NCBI GenBank assembly: GCA_964466315.1
Contig: CAYXNS010000001.1
Span: 11,255-75,254 of the forward strand
Length of the DNA stretch: 64,000 bases
Direction of reading: 5' to 3'
DNA from: an uncultured Gammaproteobacteria bacterium
GTDB lineage: Bacteria; Pseudomonadota; Gammaproteobacteria; Steroidobacterales; Rariloculaceae
Positions 22,996 through 36,522 of this stretch are shown one piece after another. Positions within the stretch are counted from its first letter, which is position 1, and every line of letters begins with the position of its first letter. The notes under the pieces are model-generated. The model did not search any database and had not been told where the DNA came from. It saw only the letters and a program-made list of their open reading frames with translations. A program made the position numbers and the translations under genes.

Positions 22996-24351
22996 CTATT
23001 TTCCGATACAAAAGTCCGAGAAAATCTCGCCGAGTAGCTCGTCGCTCGTAACCTCGCCTGTCACTTCGCTCAACGCGGCTTGAGCCGAACGCAGCTCCTC
23101 GGCCGCGAGTTCGAGCGCTAGCGTGTTGACGAGCTGTATCCGCGCATCACGGATATAGTGCTCGGCACGCTGCAGTGCGTCTATGTGCCGCGTGCGCGCG
23201 CTGAATGTTCCTGCGGCATCGCTGCGATAACCGGCAAGCGCCTTAAGATGCTCCGTGAGGCGTTCGATCCCCTCCCCCGTTAACGCCGAAAGGCGGATCA
23301 CCGTGACGCCATCGCTCTCGATGCGTCCCGATTTGTCGTCGGTCAGGTCGACCTTGTTTTGTATGACAGTTGCCGCTGCGTCTTCGCCGGCGACTTCGCG
23401 GATCTTGGCGAGCTCGGTCGAGAGATCGGACCGAATGTCGGTAACCCAGATGAGCCGGTCGGCCCCTTCGAGCGCAAGCTGCGTGCGGCGCATGCCTTCG
23501 AGCTCTACCGGGTCTGCCGAATCGCGCAGGCCGGCTGTATCGACAACCGTTATAGGCAGACCGTCCACGGACAGATGTTCTCGCAACGCATCGCGTGTCG
23601 TACCGGGGATCTCGGCCACGATTGCCGCATCGAAACCCGAGAGCTGGTTCAAGAGACTCGATTTTCCCGCATTCGGCGGACCGGCGATGACGACGGTCAA
23701 ACCGCTGCTCAGCACCGCACCCTCGTGAGCCTGGCTCAACAGCGTTTCGAGCGCCGAGATCGCATCGTCGAAATCCTGCTCAAAGTTTGAGGTATCGTTG
23801 AGCGCCAGTTCCTCGTCGGGGAAATCGAGCCAGGCTTCGAGTTGCACGCGCACGGCCGTCAGCTTTACCTGCAGTTCATTCACCCGCTCGGAGAAGCGCC
23901 CGTCGAGAGATCGGTAGGCCGCACGCGCGGCCTTGGCTGAACCGCTCGCCACGAGATCCGCGATGCCCTCCGCCTGCGCCAGATCGAGCTTGTCGTTGAC
24001 GAATGCCCGTAGCGTGAACTCGCCAGGTTCCGCCGCGCGTGCGCCTAGACGCAAGGTGCTAGCCAATAGCATCTCGCTAACGACCATGCCACCGTGGCCA
24101 TGGAGTTCAACGACATCCTCACCTGTGAATGATCGCGGCCCTGGAAAATACAGCAACAGGCCGCGGTCCACGGGCTCGCCCGTCTCGTCACAAAACTCGC
24201 AGAAATGCGCCTGTCGTGGTTCTGCCGTTACGCCCGTCATTCGCTCACCGATTGCGCGTGCGTTCGACCCAGACAGGCGGATGATCGCGACTGCACCGCT
24301 ACCGGGCGGCGTGGCGAGTGCTGCAATCGTGTCATCGGGTCGGTAATTCAA
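22996..24351 (-). CDS. mnmE: tRNA modification GTPase MnmE (TrmE)
   Basis: 451 aa with G1 GPPNAGKSSLLN and the C-terminal FCIGK motif. Confidence 0.97.
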   Translation of the reverse strand: MNYRPDDTIAALATPPGSGAVAIIRLSGSNARAIGERMTGVTAEPRQAHFCEFCDETGEPVDRGLLLYFPGPRSFTGEDVVELHGHGGMVVSEMLLASTLRLGARAAEPGEFTLRAFVNDKLDLAQAEGIADLVASGSAKAARAAYRSLDGRFSERVNELQVKLTAVRVQLEAWLDFPDEELALNDTSNFEQDFDDAISALETLLSQAHEGAVLSSGLTVVIAGPPNAGKSSLLNQLSGFDAAIVAEIPGTTRDALREHLSVDGLPITVVDTAGLRDSADPVELEGMRRTQLALEGADRLIWVTDIRSDLSTELAKIREVAGEDAAATVIQNKVDLTDDKSGRIESDGVTVIRLSALTGEGIERLTEHLKALAGYRSDAAGTFSARTRHIDALQRAEHYIRDARIQLVNTLALELAAEELRSAQAALSEVTGEVTSDELLGEIFSDFCIGK

Positions 24352-24410
24352 GGGCCGTAATTCCGATCCAATCGGTTAATGCTTAGTGTAAAGGATCGGG
24401 GAACTGTCGC

Positions 24411-24743
24411 ATGAGTCAAGACCCCACCGAATTTGACGAAGATATAACCGTCACCGCCAGTACCGGCGCGGAAGGTTTCCGCACCGAGATCGCTGCCACC
24501 GGCCACGCGTTGATCGGCGACGAGCCGGACTCGGTCGGCGTCCGGCACACCAAGATCCACGCATACGGCTGCGCCGAACGCGAGACAACAATGGGACGAA
24601 TCGATGAATTCAAGCGACAGATCGTGCTCGAGGGGGATCTCGATGACGCTGCTCGCCAGCGGCTACTGGAGATTGCCGACCTCTGCCCTGTTCACCGTTC
24701 ACTCACGAACGAGGTCCAGATCGTTACGTCGCTCGACCGGTAG
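24411..24743 (+). CDS. OsmC-family protein, apparently lacking the central segment (possible pseudogene)
   Basis: Both ends match OsmC/YhfA-type proteins (GHALIGDEPDSVG ... KIHA..C...GRIDEFKRQIVLEGDLDD...LLEIADLCPVHRSL). The segment expected between them, about 40 aa, is absent and the reading frame is kept. Confidence 0.55.
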   Translation: MSQDPTEFDEDITVTASTGAEGFRTEIAATGHALIGDEPDSVGVRHTKIHAYGCAERETTMGRIDEFKRQIVLEGDLDDAARQRLLEIADLCPVHRSLTNEVQIVTSLDR

Positions 24744-24751
24744 CCGGCGAG

Positions 24752-26419
24752 TTATTCGGCACCGACGACCTTGTTGATGCGCCACTGTTGCAGAATCGAT
24801 AACCCTGTATTCGTCAACCAGTAAAGAACGAGCCCGGCGGGGAAGAATGCGAACAACCCCGTGAATACAACAGGCATGATCTGCATGATCCTGGCCTGCA
24901 TGGGATCAGGTGGCACCGGATTCAGGCGAGTCTGCAGAAGCATCGAAGCGCCCATGAGCAACGGCAGGATGAAGAAAGGATCGCGCGAAGAGAGATCGCT
25001 GATCCAGAGCATGAACGGCGCCTGTCTTATCTCCACGCTCTCGATCAAGACCCAGTAGAATGCGAAGAAGAATGGCATCTGAATGAGTATGGGCAGGCAG
25101 CCCGCGGCCGGGTTGACCTTCTCGCGCTTGTAGAGCTCCATCGTGGCTTGGCCCAGCGCCTGACGATCGTCCTTGAAACGCTCCTGTAACGCTTTCATGC
25201 GCGGCTGCAGCTTGCGCATTTTAGCCATCGAGCGGCCACTGGTCTGTGTCAGTTTGTAGAACGCGAGCTTGATGAACAGCGTCACGACAATGATGGCCCA
25301 GCCCCAGTTATTGACGAAGCCGTGCACGAAAGAGAGTAGCCAGAACAACGGTTGTGCGAGTACCGTCAGTACCCCATAGTCGACGGTGAGTTCCAGTTCA
25401 TTACCCGTCGCGGCGAGTTGATCCTGTAACTTCGGCCCGACGAAGAGTTTTACCGGATAGGTCATGCTCTCGCCCGGAGCGATCTCTCTGACCTGGCTCA
25501 GTGCAGTCAGGAGATAGTCCGAGCCGCGAGTGATCGCCTGATAGCGAACGACGTCCTCCGCCGGTGGAACAGCGGCCGCGAGAAAATGATGCTGAATACT
25601 CGCCAGCCAGCCACCGGTTAAAGACTGGTTGATCGGCTCGATCGCCAGATCTTCGACGTCGAGCTTCTCGTACTCATCACCGTCATAGAGCACGGGTCCG
25701 GTGAAGGAGTACGAGTCCACGGACGTATATGAACGCTCTACGGGAATGTGGTGCCGGAACAACTGTGCGTAAGGCGCGCCACTCCACGGCTCGTTGGTTT
25801 GATTCTCTACGACGAGGTCGAGATCGATACCATACTGACCGCGACGGAAGGTGTAGATTTTCTGCGCGCGCAACGCCCCTTCGGCTTGCCAATCGAGCGT
25901 GACGATGAGCTCTTCGTCATTGTCCGCCAATTGGTACGCGGTGTTCGGGCTAGTGAACGACTCCAGGTGATTGGGCTCGTCGCCTTCGGCGACGCCCCGG
26001 AAACCCGTCTGAAATACCCAGCGGCTGCCCGGTAAGTAATCCAACAATCTCACGGGCACATCCGGATTGTCTTTGTCGACGGGATATGACGGTAGATCGG
26101 TTCTAACGAGATCACCACCCTGTGTGTTGATCATGATCTCGAGCACATCGGTGCTGACGCTAACGATGCGCTCGGGTGCCCGCGCTGGCGGCATTTCGGC
26201 CGACGGCGTGGATTCTGCCACCACCGGTGCCGAATCGGTGGGCGGCTCGAGATCCGGCAGTTCCGGGGATAGATCTGGAACCGTTCCTTCGCCTTGTTCT
26301 GCGGGCACCGGTCCTGGCACCGTAACCGGCGGATAATCGGTCAACCATGCCCGATAGGTAAACCACATCATCGCGAACAGCAACATCCATACGAGTAACC
26401 GTGGGTTGTTAACGTTCAT
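24752..26419 (-). CDS. yidC: Membrane protein insertase YidC
   Basis: 555 aa with an N-terminal TM helix, a large periplasmic domain and a conserved C-terminal 5-TM core. Confidence 0.97.
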   Translation of the reverse strand: MNVNNPRLLVWMLLFAMMWFTYRAWLTDYPPVTVPGPVPAEQGEGTVPDLSPELPDLEPPTDSAPVVAESTPSAEMPPARAPERIVSVSTDVLEIMINTQGGDLVRTDLPSYPVDKDNPDVPVRLLDYLPGSRWVFQTGFRGVAEGDEPNHLESFTSPNTAYQLADNDEELIVTLDWQAEGALRAQKIYTFRRGQYGIDLDLVVENQTNEPWSGAPYAQLFRHHIPVERSYTSVDSYSFTGPVLYDGDEYEKLDVEDLAIEPINQSLTGGWLASIQHHFLAAAVPPAEDVVRYQAITRGSDYLLTALSQVREIAPGESMTYPVKLFVGPKLQDQLAATGNELELTVDYGVLTVLAQPLFWLLSFVHGFVNNWGWAIIVVTLFIKLAFYKLTQTSGRSMAKMRKLQPRMKALQERFKDDRQALGQATMELYKREKVNPAAGCLPILIQMPFFFAFYWVLIESVEIRQAPFMLWISDLSSRDPFFILPLLMGASMLLQTRLNPVPPDPMQARIMQIMPVVFTGLFAFFPAGLVLYWLTNTGLSILQQWRINKVVGAE

Positions 26420-26420
26420 G

Positions 26421-26774
26421 TCAGGCGGCCCGCCTCGCTAGTCGCCGGAAATGTCGCTGCAGGCTGTCTCGCAAAACTATGGTCTCCGCTGCCGGTGCCG
26501 CCCGGTTTACCAAGATGACGAAGTCGAGCGACGGCAGTCCCTCCTCAAGACGAAACACTTCCCGCGCAAGGCGCTTGAGCCGATTACGCGCGAACGCGTG
26601 TTTGACGACGCGTCGCGGCACCGTTAATCCCAGGCGAGCTGTCTCGGCGCTGTTCAAGCGAGATAATACCGTGAAGTAACGATCCGATGAGCGCGATGCG
26701 TTGGCGAAGACTCGGTCGAACTCCCTGGATGTCGTCAGACGATTGACGCGTGGAAATCTGGCCGACCGCTGCAA
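26421..26774 (-). CDS. rnpA: Ribonuclease P protein component
   Basis: The RnpA pattern FPRVNRLTTSREFDRVF...RLGLTVPRRVVKHAFARNRLKRLAREVFR is present. No in-frame ATG or GTG lies near the N-terminus. TTG at 26774 (or ATC at 26780) is the candidate start, so the start is uncertain. Confidence 0.8.
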   Translation of the reverse strand: MQRSARFPRVNRLTTSREFDRVFANASRSSDRYFTVLSRLNSAETARLGLTVPRRVVKHAFARNRLKRLAREVFRLEEGLPSLDFVILVNRAAPAAETIVLRDSLQRHFRRLARRAA

Positions 26775-26800
26775 CGAGATGCTACTCGCGCGCTCGGCCG

Positions 26801-26935
26801 TTACGGGGCCAGTCGTACCCGGCCCTTGGTGCGCCGTCGCTTCAGGATCCGCCGCCCGTTCTTGGTCGCCATGCGAGCTCGAAACCCATGAGTACGTTTG
26901 CGCTTGATGTTGCTGGGCTGAAAAGTTCGTTTCAT
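26801..26935 (-). CDS. rpmH: 50S ribosomal protein L34
   Basis: [44 protein letters not shown], 44 aa from the internal ATG at 26935. Confidence 0.97.
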   Translation of the reverse strand: MKRTFQPSNIKRKRTHGFRARMATKNGRRILKRRRTKGRVRLAP

Positions 26936-27065
26936 GACGGAGTCGACCCTGGTTCCGGTCCATAGAAAAAGTTTGAGGCAAAACAATAAGATGTGCTGGA
27001 GCGAGGGAGCACAAAACTCTACGCGCGGCGTTGAGCAGTGTCAATAGGGACCGTCGTCGATTAAG

Positions 27066-27074
27066 TTGTGGATA
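27066..27074 (-). promoter_or_regulatory. Perfect DnaA box (TTATCCACA on the reverse strand) upstream of dnaA
   Basis: tgtggataa at 27066-27074, 89 nt upstream of the dnaA GTG. Confidence 0.6.
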
Positions 27075-27162
27075 ACTAGGGCGGTGCCGTTATAGACTGA
27101 GATCAACGCGAGGATACACACCCTAACCGACCGACAACGACAACCGAAGACAGAAAAAGACC

Positions 27163-28488
27163 GTGACAGCGAATTCGGCGGTGCATCCGTCTCTGTGGAC
27201 CCAATGCCTGCGGGCACTCGAACTCGAACTTTCCGAGCAACAATTTCATACCTGGATCCGGCCGCTTCAACCGGTCGAGGAGGGCGGCGGCCTGAAGTTA
27301 CTCGCGCCGAACCGGTTTGTCGTCGATTGGGTCCAAGAAAATTGTCTGGATAAAATCCTCGAGGTCACTGGCCCGCTGCCCGTCGGTATAGAGGTCGGTA
27401 GCCGCAGGCCACCGTTGGTAGCACCAACGACCACCGTACCGACCCCGCGACCCAGAACACCCGTACTCGGTAGCCCGCTCAACGCGTATTTCACGTTCGA
27501 TAACTTCGTCGAGGGTAAGAGTAACCAGCTCGGGCGCGCTGCCGCCCTCCAGGTTGGGTCGAATCCGGGGCGTGCCTACAACCCGCTATTTATCTATGGT
27601 GGTGTCGGTCTCGGCAAGACTCATCTCATGCATGCTATCGGTAACGTCATACTCGAACGCGACCCCGGAGCGAAGGTAGCCTATGTCCACTCCGAGCGCT
27701 TCGTTGGCGACATGGTGCGCGGTTTGCAGCACAACACGATTGCCGAGTTTAAACGCACCTATCGGACCCTCGACGCGTTACTTATCGATGACATTCAATT
27801 CTTCGCTGGAAAAGAACGCTCACAGGAAGAATTCTTTCACACCTTTAACGCGCTCCTGGAAGGACAGCGCCAAATCATCCTCACCTGCGATCGCTACCCG
27901 AAGGAGGTCTCCGGCCTCGAAGAGCGGCTAAAGTCCCGTTTTGGTTGGGGACTGACCGTTGCAATTGAGCCACCGGAACTCGAGACTAGCGTGGCCATTC
28001 TCATGAGCAAAGCCGCTGCCGACGGTATTGCTCTACCGGAGGAAGTTGCGTTCTTCATTGCCCAGCGAATCCGATCGAACGTTCGCGAGTTAGAGGGTGC
28101 TTTGCGCCGCGTTATAGCGAACTCTCAGTTTACCGGCTATCCGATAACGCTGGAGTTCACGAAGGAGGCGCTGCGCGACCTCCTCGCGCTGCAGGACAAA
28201 CTCGTTACGATAGACAATATTCAGAAAACGGTAGCGGAGTACTTCAAGATGCGTGTCGCGGATCTTCACTCCAAGCGCCGTAGCCGGTCGATTACCCGTC
28301 CGCGACAGATCGCCATGGCACTGGCGAAGGATCTCACGACCCACAGCCTCCCCGAGATCGGTGATGCTTTCGGGGGCCGGGATCACACAACGGTACTGCA
28401 TGCTTGCCGGCGCATCAAACTATTGCGGGAAACGGAAACACGTGTGGCCGAGGACTATGGAAACTTGTTGAGAACGCTGACAGGATGA
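27163..28488 (+). CDS. dnaA: Chromosomal replication initiator DnaA
   Basis: 441 aa with a GTG start, AAA+ Walker [11 protein letters not shown] and a C-terminal DnaA-box binding domain ([12 protein letters not shown]). Confidence 0.97.
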   Translation: MTANSAVHPSLWTQCLRALELELSEQQFHTWIRPLQPVEEGGGLKLLAPNRFVVDWVQENCLDKILEVTGPLPVGIEVGSRRPPLVAPTTTVPTPRPRTPVLGSPLNAYFTFDNFVEGKSNQLGRAAALQVGSNPGRAYNPLFIYGGVGLGKTHLMHAIGNVILERDPGAKVAYVHSERFVGDMVRGLQHNTIAEFKRTYRTLDALLIDDIQFFAGKERSQEEFFHTFNALLEGQRQIILTCDRYPKEVSGLEERLKSRFGWGLTVAIEPPELETSVAILMSKAAADGIALPEEVAFFIAQRIRSNVRELEGALRRVIANSQFTGYPITLEFTKEALRDLLALQDKLVTIDNIQKTVAEYFKMRVADLHSKRRSRSITRPRQIAMALAKDLTTHSLPEIGDAFGGRDHTTVLHACRRIKLLRETETRVAEDYGNLLRTLTG

Positions 28489-28674
28489 ATGGATAACCTG
28501 TGAACTATCTCGACAGCCGGATTTTTCCACAATTATCCCACAGGTTTAGTAGTGACCTATCCCACGGTTTGGTATGTCGTAACATATTGTTTATTAAGGG
28601 TTTTTAGGCTTATCCCCTTTTTTGCACGTGTCTAATAATAATCATAAAGACAAGGATCAATAGGTATAGTCATT
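28489..28674. other. Candidate oriC module: DnaA-box-like repeats followed by an AT-rich tract in the dnaA-dnaN spacer
   Basis: ttttccaca (28523-28531) matches TTATCCACA at 8/9. TATCCCAC-type repeats lie at 28533-28544 and 28557-28567, and cttatcccc at 28609-28617. The tract 28581-28674 is markedly AT-rich for this genome. Confidence 0.45.
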
Positions 28675-29772
28675 ATGAAATTCACTGCATCACGAGAAGT
28701 GATATTAAAGCCTCTACATGCGGTCATTGGTGTGGTCGAACGACGTCAAACGATGCCGATTCTCAGTAATGTTCTACTGGCTGCCGGGGATAATTCCGTG
28801 ACGTTAACTGCGACCGACCTCGAGGTCGAGTTGCTGGCTAAAGCTGAAATAATCGTCGATTCACCCGGTGAAATTACGGTACCGGGAAGAAAGCTGCATG
28901 ATATCTGCCGCGCGCTCCCAGATGATGCTGAACTCACGTTTACGGTAAAGGGGGATCGCTTGACCGTTACGGCGAGAAGGAGTCGTTTCACGTTGTCGAC
29001 GTTACGGGCCGCGGATTTTCCGATGGTGGATGAGATAGCGACTCAACAAACGCTGAAGCTCGATCAGCAGGGACTGCGACGACTGCTTGAGCAGACGCAG
29101 TTCTCGATGGCGCAGCAGGATGTACGCTATTACTTGAATGGGCTCCTGCTGGAGGTGGACGGTAAGACGTTGCGTGGGGTAGCGACGGATGGACATCGCT
29201 TGGCATTGGCCGAGGTGGAAATGGCGGCACCGGCACAGCGAAACGAGCAATTGATCGTGCCGCGTAAGGGGGTAATGGAGTTGCAGCGTTTGCTGGAAGG
29301 TGAAGGAGACGTCGAATTGACACTCGGCGCGAATCACATACAGGCTCAAATTGGAGATATTCGGTTCACTTCGAAGCTCATCGACGGCAAGTTCCCTGAT
29401 TACCAACGCGTAGTACCGGCAGAGCCACAGAATATCGTGATGGCGGATCGAGATCTGTTGCGGCACGCTTTACAGCGTGCGGCGATCTTATCTAACGAGA
29501 AATATCGGGGGGTCCGCTTGGCGCTTGGCGAGAATAACGTGACGATACAGGCCAATAACCCGGAGCAAGAGGAGGCCGAGGAGTCCGTTGAGGTGGAATA
29601 CAGTGGTGAAACCATGGAAATCGGTTTCAACGTGACTTATCTGCTAGATGCGCTGAGTGCCGTTGATGAAGAACAGGTTCAAGTGGGGTTGGGCGATACG
29701 AATTCGAGTTGCCTGATTCGGGCGCCAAGTGGGCATGACAGCAAGTTCGTTGTAATGCCGATGCGGCTTTAA
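28675..29772 (+). CDS. dnaN: DNA polymerase III beta sliding clamp
   Basis: 365 aa, MKFTASREVILKPLHAVIGVVERRQTMPILSNVLL. Confidence 0.97.
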   Translation: MKFTASREVILKPLHAVIGVVERRQTMPILSNVLLAAGDNSVTLTATDLEVELLAKAEIIVDSPGEITVPGRKLHDICRALPDDAELTFTVKGDRLTVTARRSRFTLSTLRAADFPMVDEIATQQTLKLDQQGLRRLLEQTQFSMAQQDVRYYLNGLLLEVDGKTLRGVATDGHRLALAEVEMAAPAQRNEQLIVPRKGVMELQRLLEGEGDVELTLGANHIQAQIGDIRFTSKLIDGKFPDYQRVVPAEPQNIVMADRDLLRHALQRAAILSNEKYRGVRLALGENNVTIQANNPEQEEAEESVEVEYSGETMEIGFNVTYLLDALSAVDEEQVQVGLGDTNSSCLIRAPSGHDSKFVVMPMRL

Positions 29773-29802
29773 ACTGTACAGCAGAATCGGGTTGCTCGTA
29801 AC

Positions 29803-34011
<4,209 letters not shown>

Positions 34012-34015
<4 letters not shown>

Positions 34016-34566
34016 GCGTCTCGCTCCGCAAGCAGTGCGCAAGTGACGGCCGCGAGGTCGGCAAACGTTTCCGGCCCGGTAGCGCCAAGCGAAATCTTCG
34101 TCTCCTGGCCGTAGCCGGTCAGGACGAGAATCGGCCTCGCGCCGGCGCGTCGCGCGAGTTCCATGTCGGCGGCCTTGTCTCCGACGAGCGGGACGCCGTT
34201 CAGGGAGACCGCGAGGTCGGTCGCGATCCGATCGAGCATTCCCGTCCGCGGCTTGCGGCAGTCGCACTCGTCATCGGGATGATGCGGGCAGTAATAGATC
34301 GCGGCGATCTCACCCCCGGCAGCTTCGGCAGCTTCCGTCATCTTACGATGAATCCCGGTAAGGTCTGCCTCCGAGAAAAGTCCTCGACCGATGCCGGACT
34401 GATCGCTGACCACGATGACGCGGAAACCGGCGTCGCAGAGTGCGGCGATGGCATCGAGGCTACCCGGCAGCGGCCGCCACTCGTCGGCGGTCTTGATGTA
34501 ATCGGTCGAGTCCTCGTTGATGACGCCGTCGCGATCGAGAACGATCAGTTTTTCGGTTACGGGCAT
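34012..34566 (-). CDS. gmhB: D-glycero-beta-D-manno-heptose-1,7-bisphosphate 7-phosphatase
   Basis: HAD motif LDRDGVIN and the Zn loop CPHHPDDECDCRKP. Confidence 0.92.
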
Positions 34567-34593
34567 CGACGGATCCGGCTACCTCATGAACTG

Positions 34594-36144
34594 TTAACGA
34601 CCGATCTGCCCACGGACGTAGGCAGCAACTTCGCCGGCCGGAATACGAATCTGCTCGCAGCTATCGCGTTCCCGCAGCGTCATGGTATCGTCCGTCAAGG
34701 TGTCGCCATCGACCGTAATGCAGAATGGCGTGCCGGCCTCGTCCTGACGGCGATAGCGCCGCCCGATCGCGCCCTTCTCGTCGTAGAAGGTGCTGAACTG
34801 CGTACGGAGTTCTCGATAGAGTGACAGCGCTCGCTCCGGCATTCCGTCCTTCTTGACGAGTGGAAATACGGCAGCCTTGATCGGTGCCAGGCGCGGGTGG
34901 AGCCTCAAGACCGTTCGCGCATCGCCGCCTACCTCGTCTTCGGCATACGCATCGCAGAGAAAGGCGAGCGTCGCTCGATCCGCGCCCGCCGAGGGCTCGA
35001 CTACGTACGGCAGGTAGCGGCGCTGCTCCTTGTCGGGTTCCTGGTCGTCGAAATAGCGTAGATCCCTGCCGCTTGATTCCATGTGCTGGCGCAGATCGAA
35101 GTCGGTACGGTTCGCGATTCCTTCCAGTTCGCTGAGCCCGAAAGGAAATTCATACTCTACGTCGGCACAGCCGGCTGCGTAATGGGCGAGTTCGTCCTCA
35201 TCGTGTTCACGCAGGCGGAGCTTGTCGGTACTCAAGCCTAGATCGACATACCATTGGAATCGCCGATCGCGCCAGTAACGGTACCAGTCTTCAGCTTCCG
35301 CGGCACGGCAGAAGAACTCGATTTCCATCTGCTCGAACTCGCGGCTGCGAAACGTAAAGTTTCGCGGATTGATCTCGTTGCGAAAGGCTTTGCCGATCTG
35401 GCCGATACCGAAGGGAACACGGACACGGGCCGTGTCGCAGACATTCTTGAAGTTCACGAAAATGCCTTGAGCCGTCTCAGGGCGAAGATAGGCGACGTTG
35501 GAGTTGTCCTTGAGCGCACCCACGTGGGTCTCGAACATGAGGTTGAAGGCCCTTGGTGCCGTCAGCGTCCCGGGCTCGCTCGCTCCGGGCGCGAGGACGC
35601 GCGCGCGCAGATCGTCGTCCTCGAGCGCGTCGGGCACGGCAACAAGCCTAAAATCGCCGCCTTTCCTCGTGATCGACTTGATGCGTTTGCGATGCGTTGC
35701 GATGAGATCCTCATCCGGCGTGACGCCGGCTTCGCCGGGTGCGGCGAACAGCATCTGATCACCGCCGGCCGCATCGCCCTCGACCGGTTCCATACGAAAC
35801 ACCGCGAGTTGATCGGCGCGGTAGCGCGTCTTCGTCTCGCGGCAGTCCACCATCGGATCGTTGAAGCCGCCCACATGACCGCTCGCCTCCCAGACCGATG
35901 AGTTCATGAGAATGGAGCAGTCGAGCCCGACCATGTCGAAAGCCGTCGGCGCGCCGGGCGGAACGTCCGTTTGATCATGGCTTCCGATCATGTCCTCCCA
36001 CCAGGCAACCTTGATATTGCGCTTGAGTTCGACGCCCATAGGGCCATAGTCCCAGCAGCCGCTCAGTCCGCCATAAATCTCGCTGGACGGAAATATGAAA
36101 CCCCGCCGTTTGCACAGTGAAACGAGCTTGTCCATCGACACCAT
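34594..36144 (-). CDS. Glycine--tRNA ligase, single-chain (alpha2 homodimer type)
   Basis: 516 aa, MDKLVSLCKRRGFIFPSSEIYGGLSGCWDYGPMGVELKRNIK, with class II motifs and a C-terminal anticodon-binding domain. GGAGA lies 6 nt upstream of the ATG. Confidence 0.93.
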   Translation of the reverse strand: MVSMDKLVSLCKRRGFIFPSSEIYGGLSGCWDYGPMGVELKRNIKVAWWEDMIGSHDQTDVPPGAPTAFDMVGLDCSILMNSSVWEASGHVGGFNDPMVDCRETKTRYRADQLAVFRMEPVEGDAAGGDQMLFAAPGEAGVTPDEDLIATHRKRIKSITRKGGDFRLVAVPDALEDDDLRARVLAPGASEPGTLTAPRAFNLMFETHVGALKDNSNVAYLRPETAQGIFVNFKNVCDTARVRVPFGIGQIGKAFRNEINPRNFTFRSREFEQMEIEFFCRAAEAEDWYRYWRDRRFQWYVDLGLSTDKLRLREHDEDELAHYAAGCADVEYEFPFGLSELEGIANRTDFDLRQHMESSGRDLRYFDDQEPDKEQRRYLPYVVEPSAGADRATLAFLCDAYAEDEVGGDARTVLRLHPRLAPIKAAVFPLVKKDGMPERALSLYRELRTQFSTFYDEKGAIGRRYRRQDEAGTPFCITVDGDTLTDDTMTLRERDSCEQIRIPAGEVAAYVRGQIGR

Positions 36145-36277
36145 GAGTTATCTCCGACGCTTCTAGCGTCTGCGCGCAAAGCGCGCCAGTATAGCCAGCA
36201 ATTGCTACGAAGGGAGATCGGGACCGTACCCTGAGATTCCCTTTGCGCAGTAATCTAGGGCATTATAGGCATGCGCG

Positions 36278-36294
36278 CGCACCATTCTGGAGCA
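36278..36294. promoter_or_regulatory. Candidate NtrC (NRI) binding site
   Basis: cGCACCattcTGGaGCA resembles the TGCACC-N-TGGTGCA dyad and lies about 75 nt upstream of the -24/-12 element. Confidence 0.5.
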
Positions 36295-36356
36295 TACCGC
36301 TCCGGGATTGTGCCGCATCATCTAATTAAAACAATAGCTTACGGCGGCTTACGCGC

Positions 36357-36372
36357 TGGCACAAATGCTGCA
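36357..36372 (+). promoter_or_regulatory. Sigma-54 (-24/-12) promoter for glnA
   Basis: TGGCAC-aaatg-CTGCA, with GG and GC spaced as in the TGGCAC-N5-TTGCW consensus, 150 nt upstream of glnA. Confidence 0.65.
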
Positions 36373-36522
36373 CATAGAGAAACCCTGAATCAGGTTTGCG
36401 CCTAGGCTTGGTCTTGCGTGGCTCAGACCGTCCCCACCTTGTCCGACAAGGCGTGGGCCAGTGCGGGAGTGGATTGAGCCACAGAAAATATTACCGACAA
36501 CGGAAAGTAACGGAGGAAAACC

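Noticed and set aside
26419-26800. A search for yidD (membrane protein insertion efficiency factor) between or overlapping rnpA and yidC.
   Set aside because: The rnpA stop and the yidC start are 1 nt apart. No ORF of 60 aa or more with the CRFxPTCS motif exists in any frame here, so the gene is simply absent from this locus and may be elsewhere.
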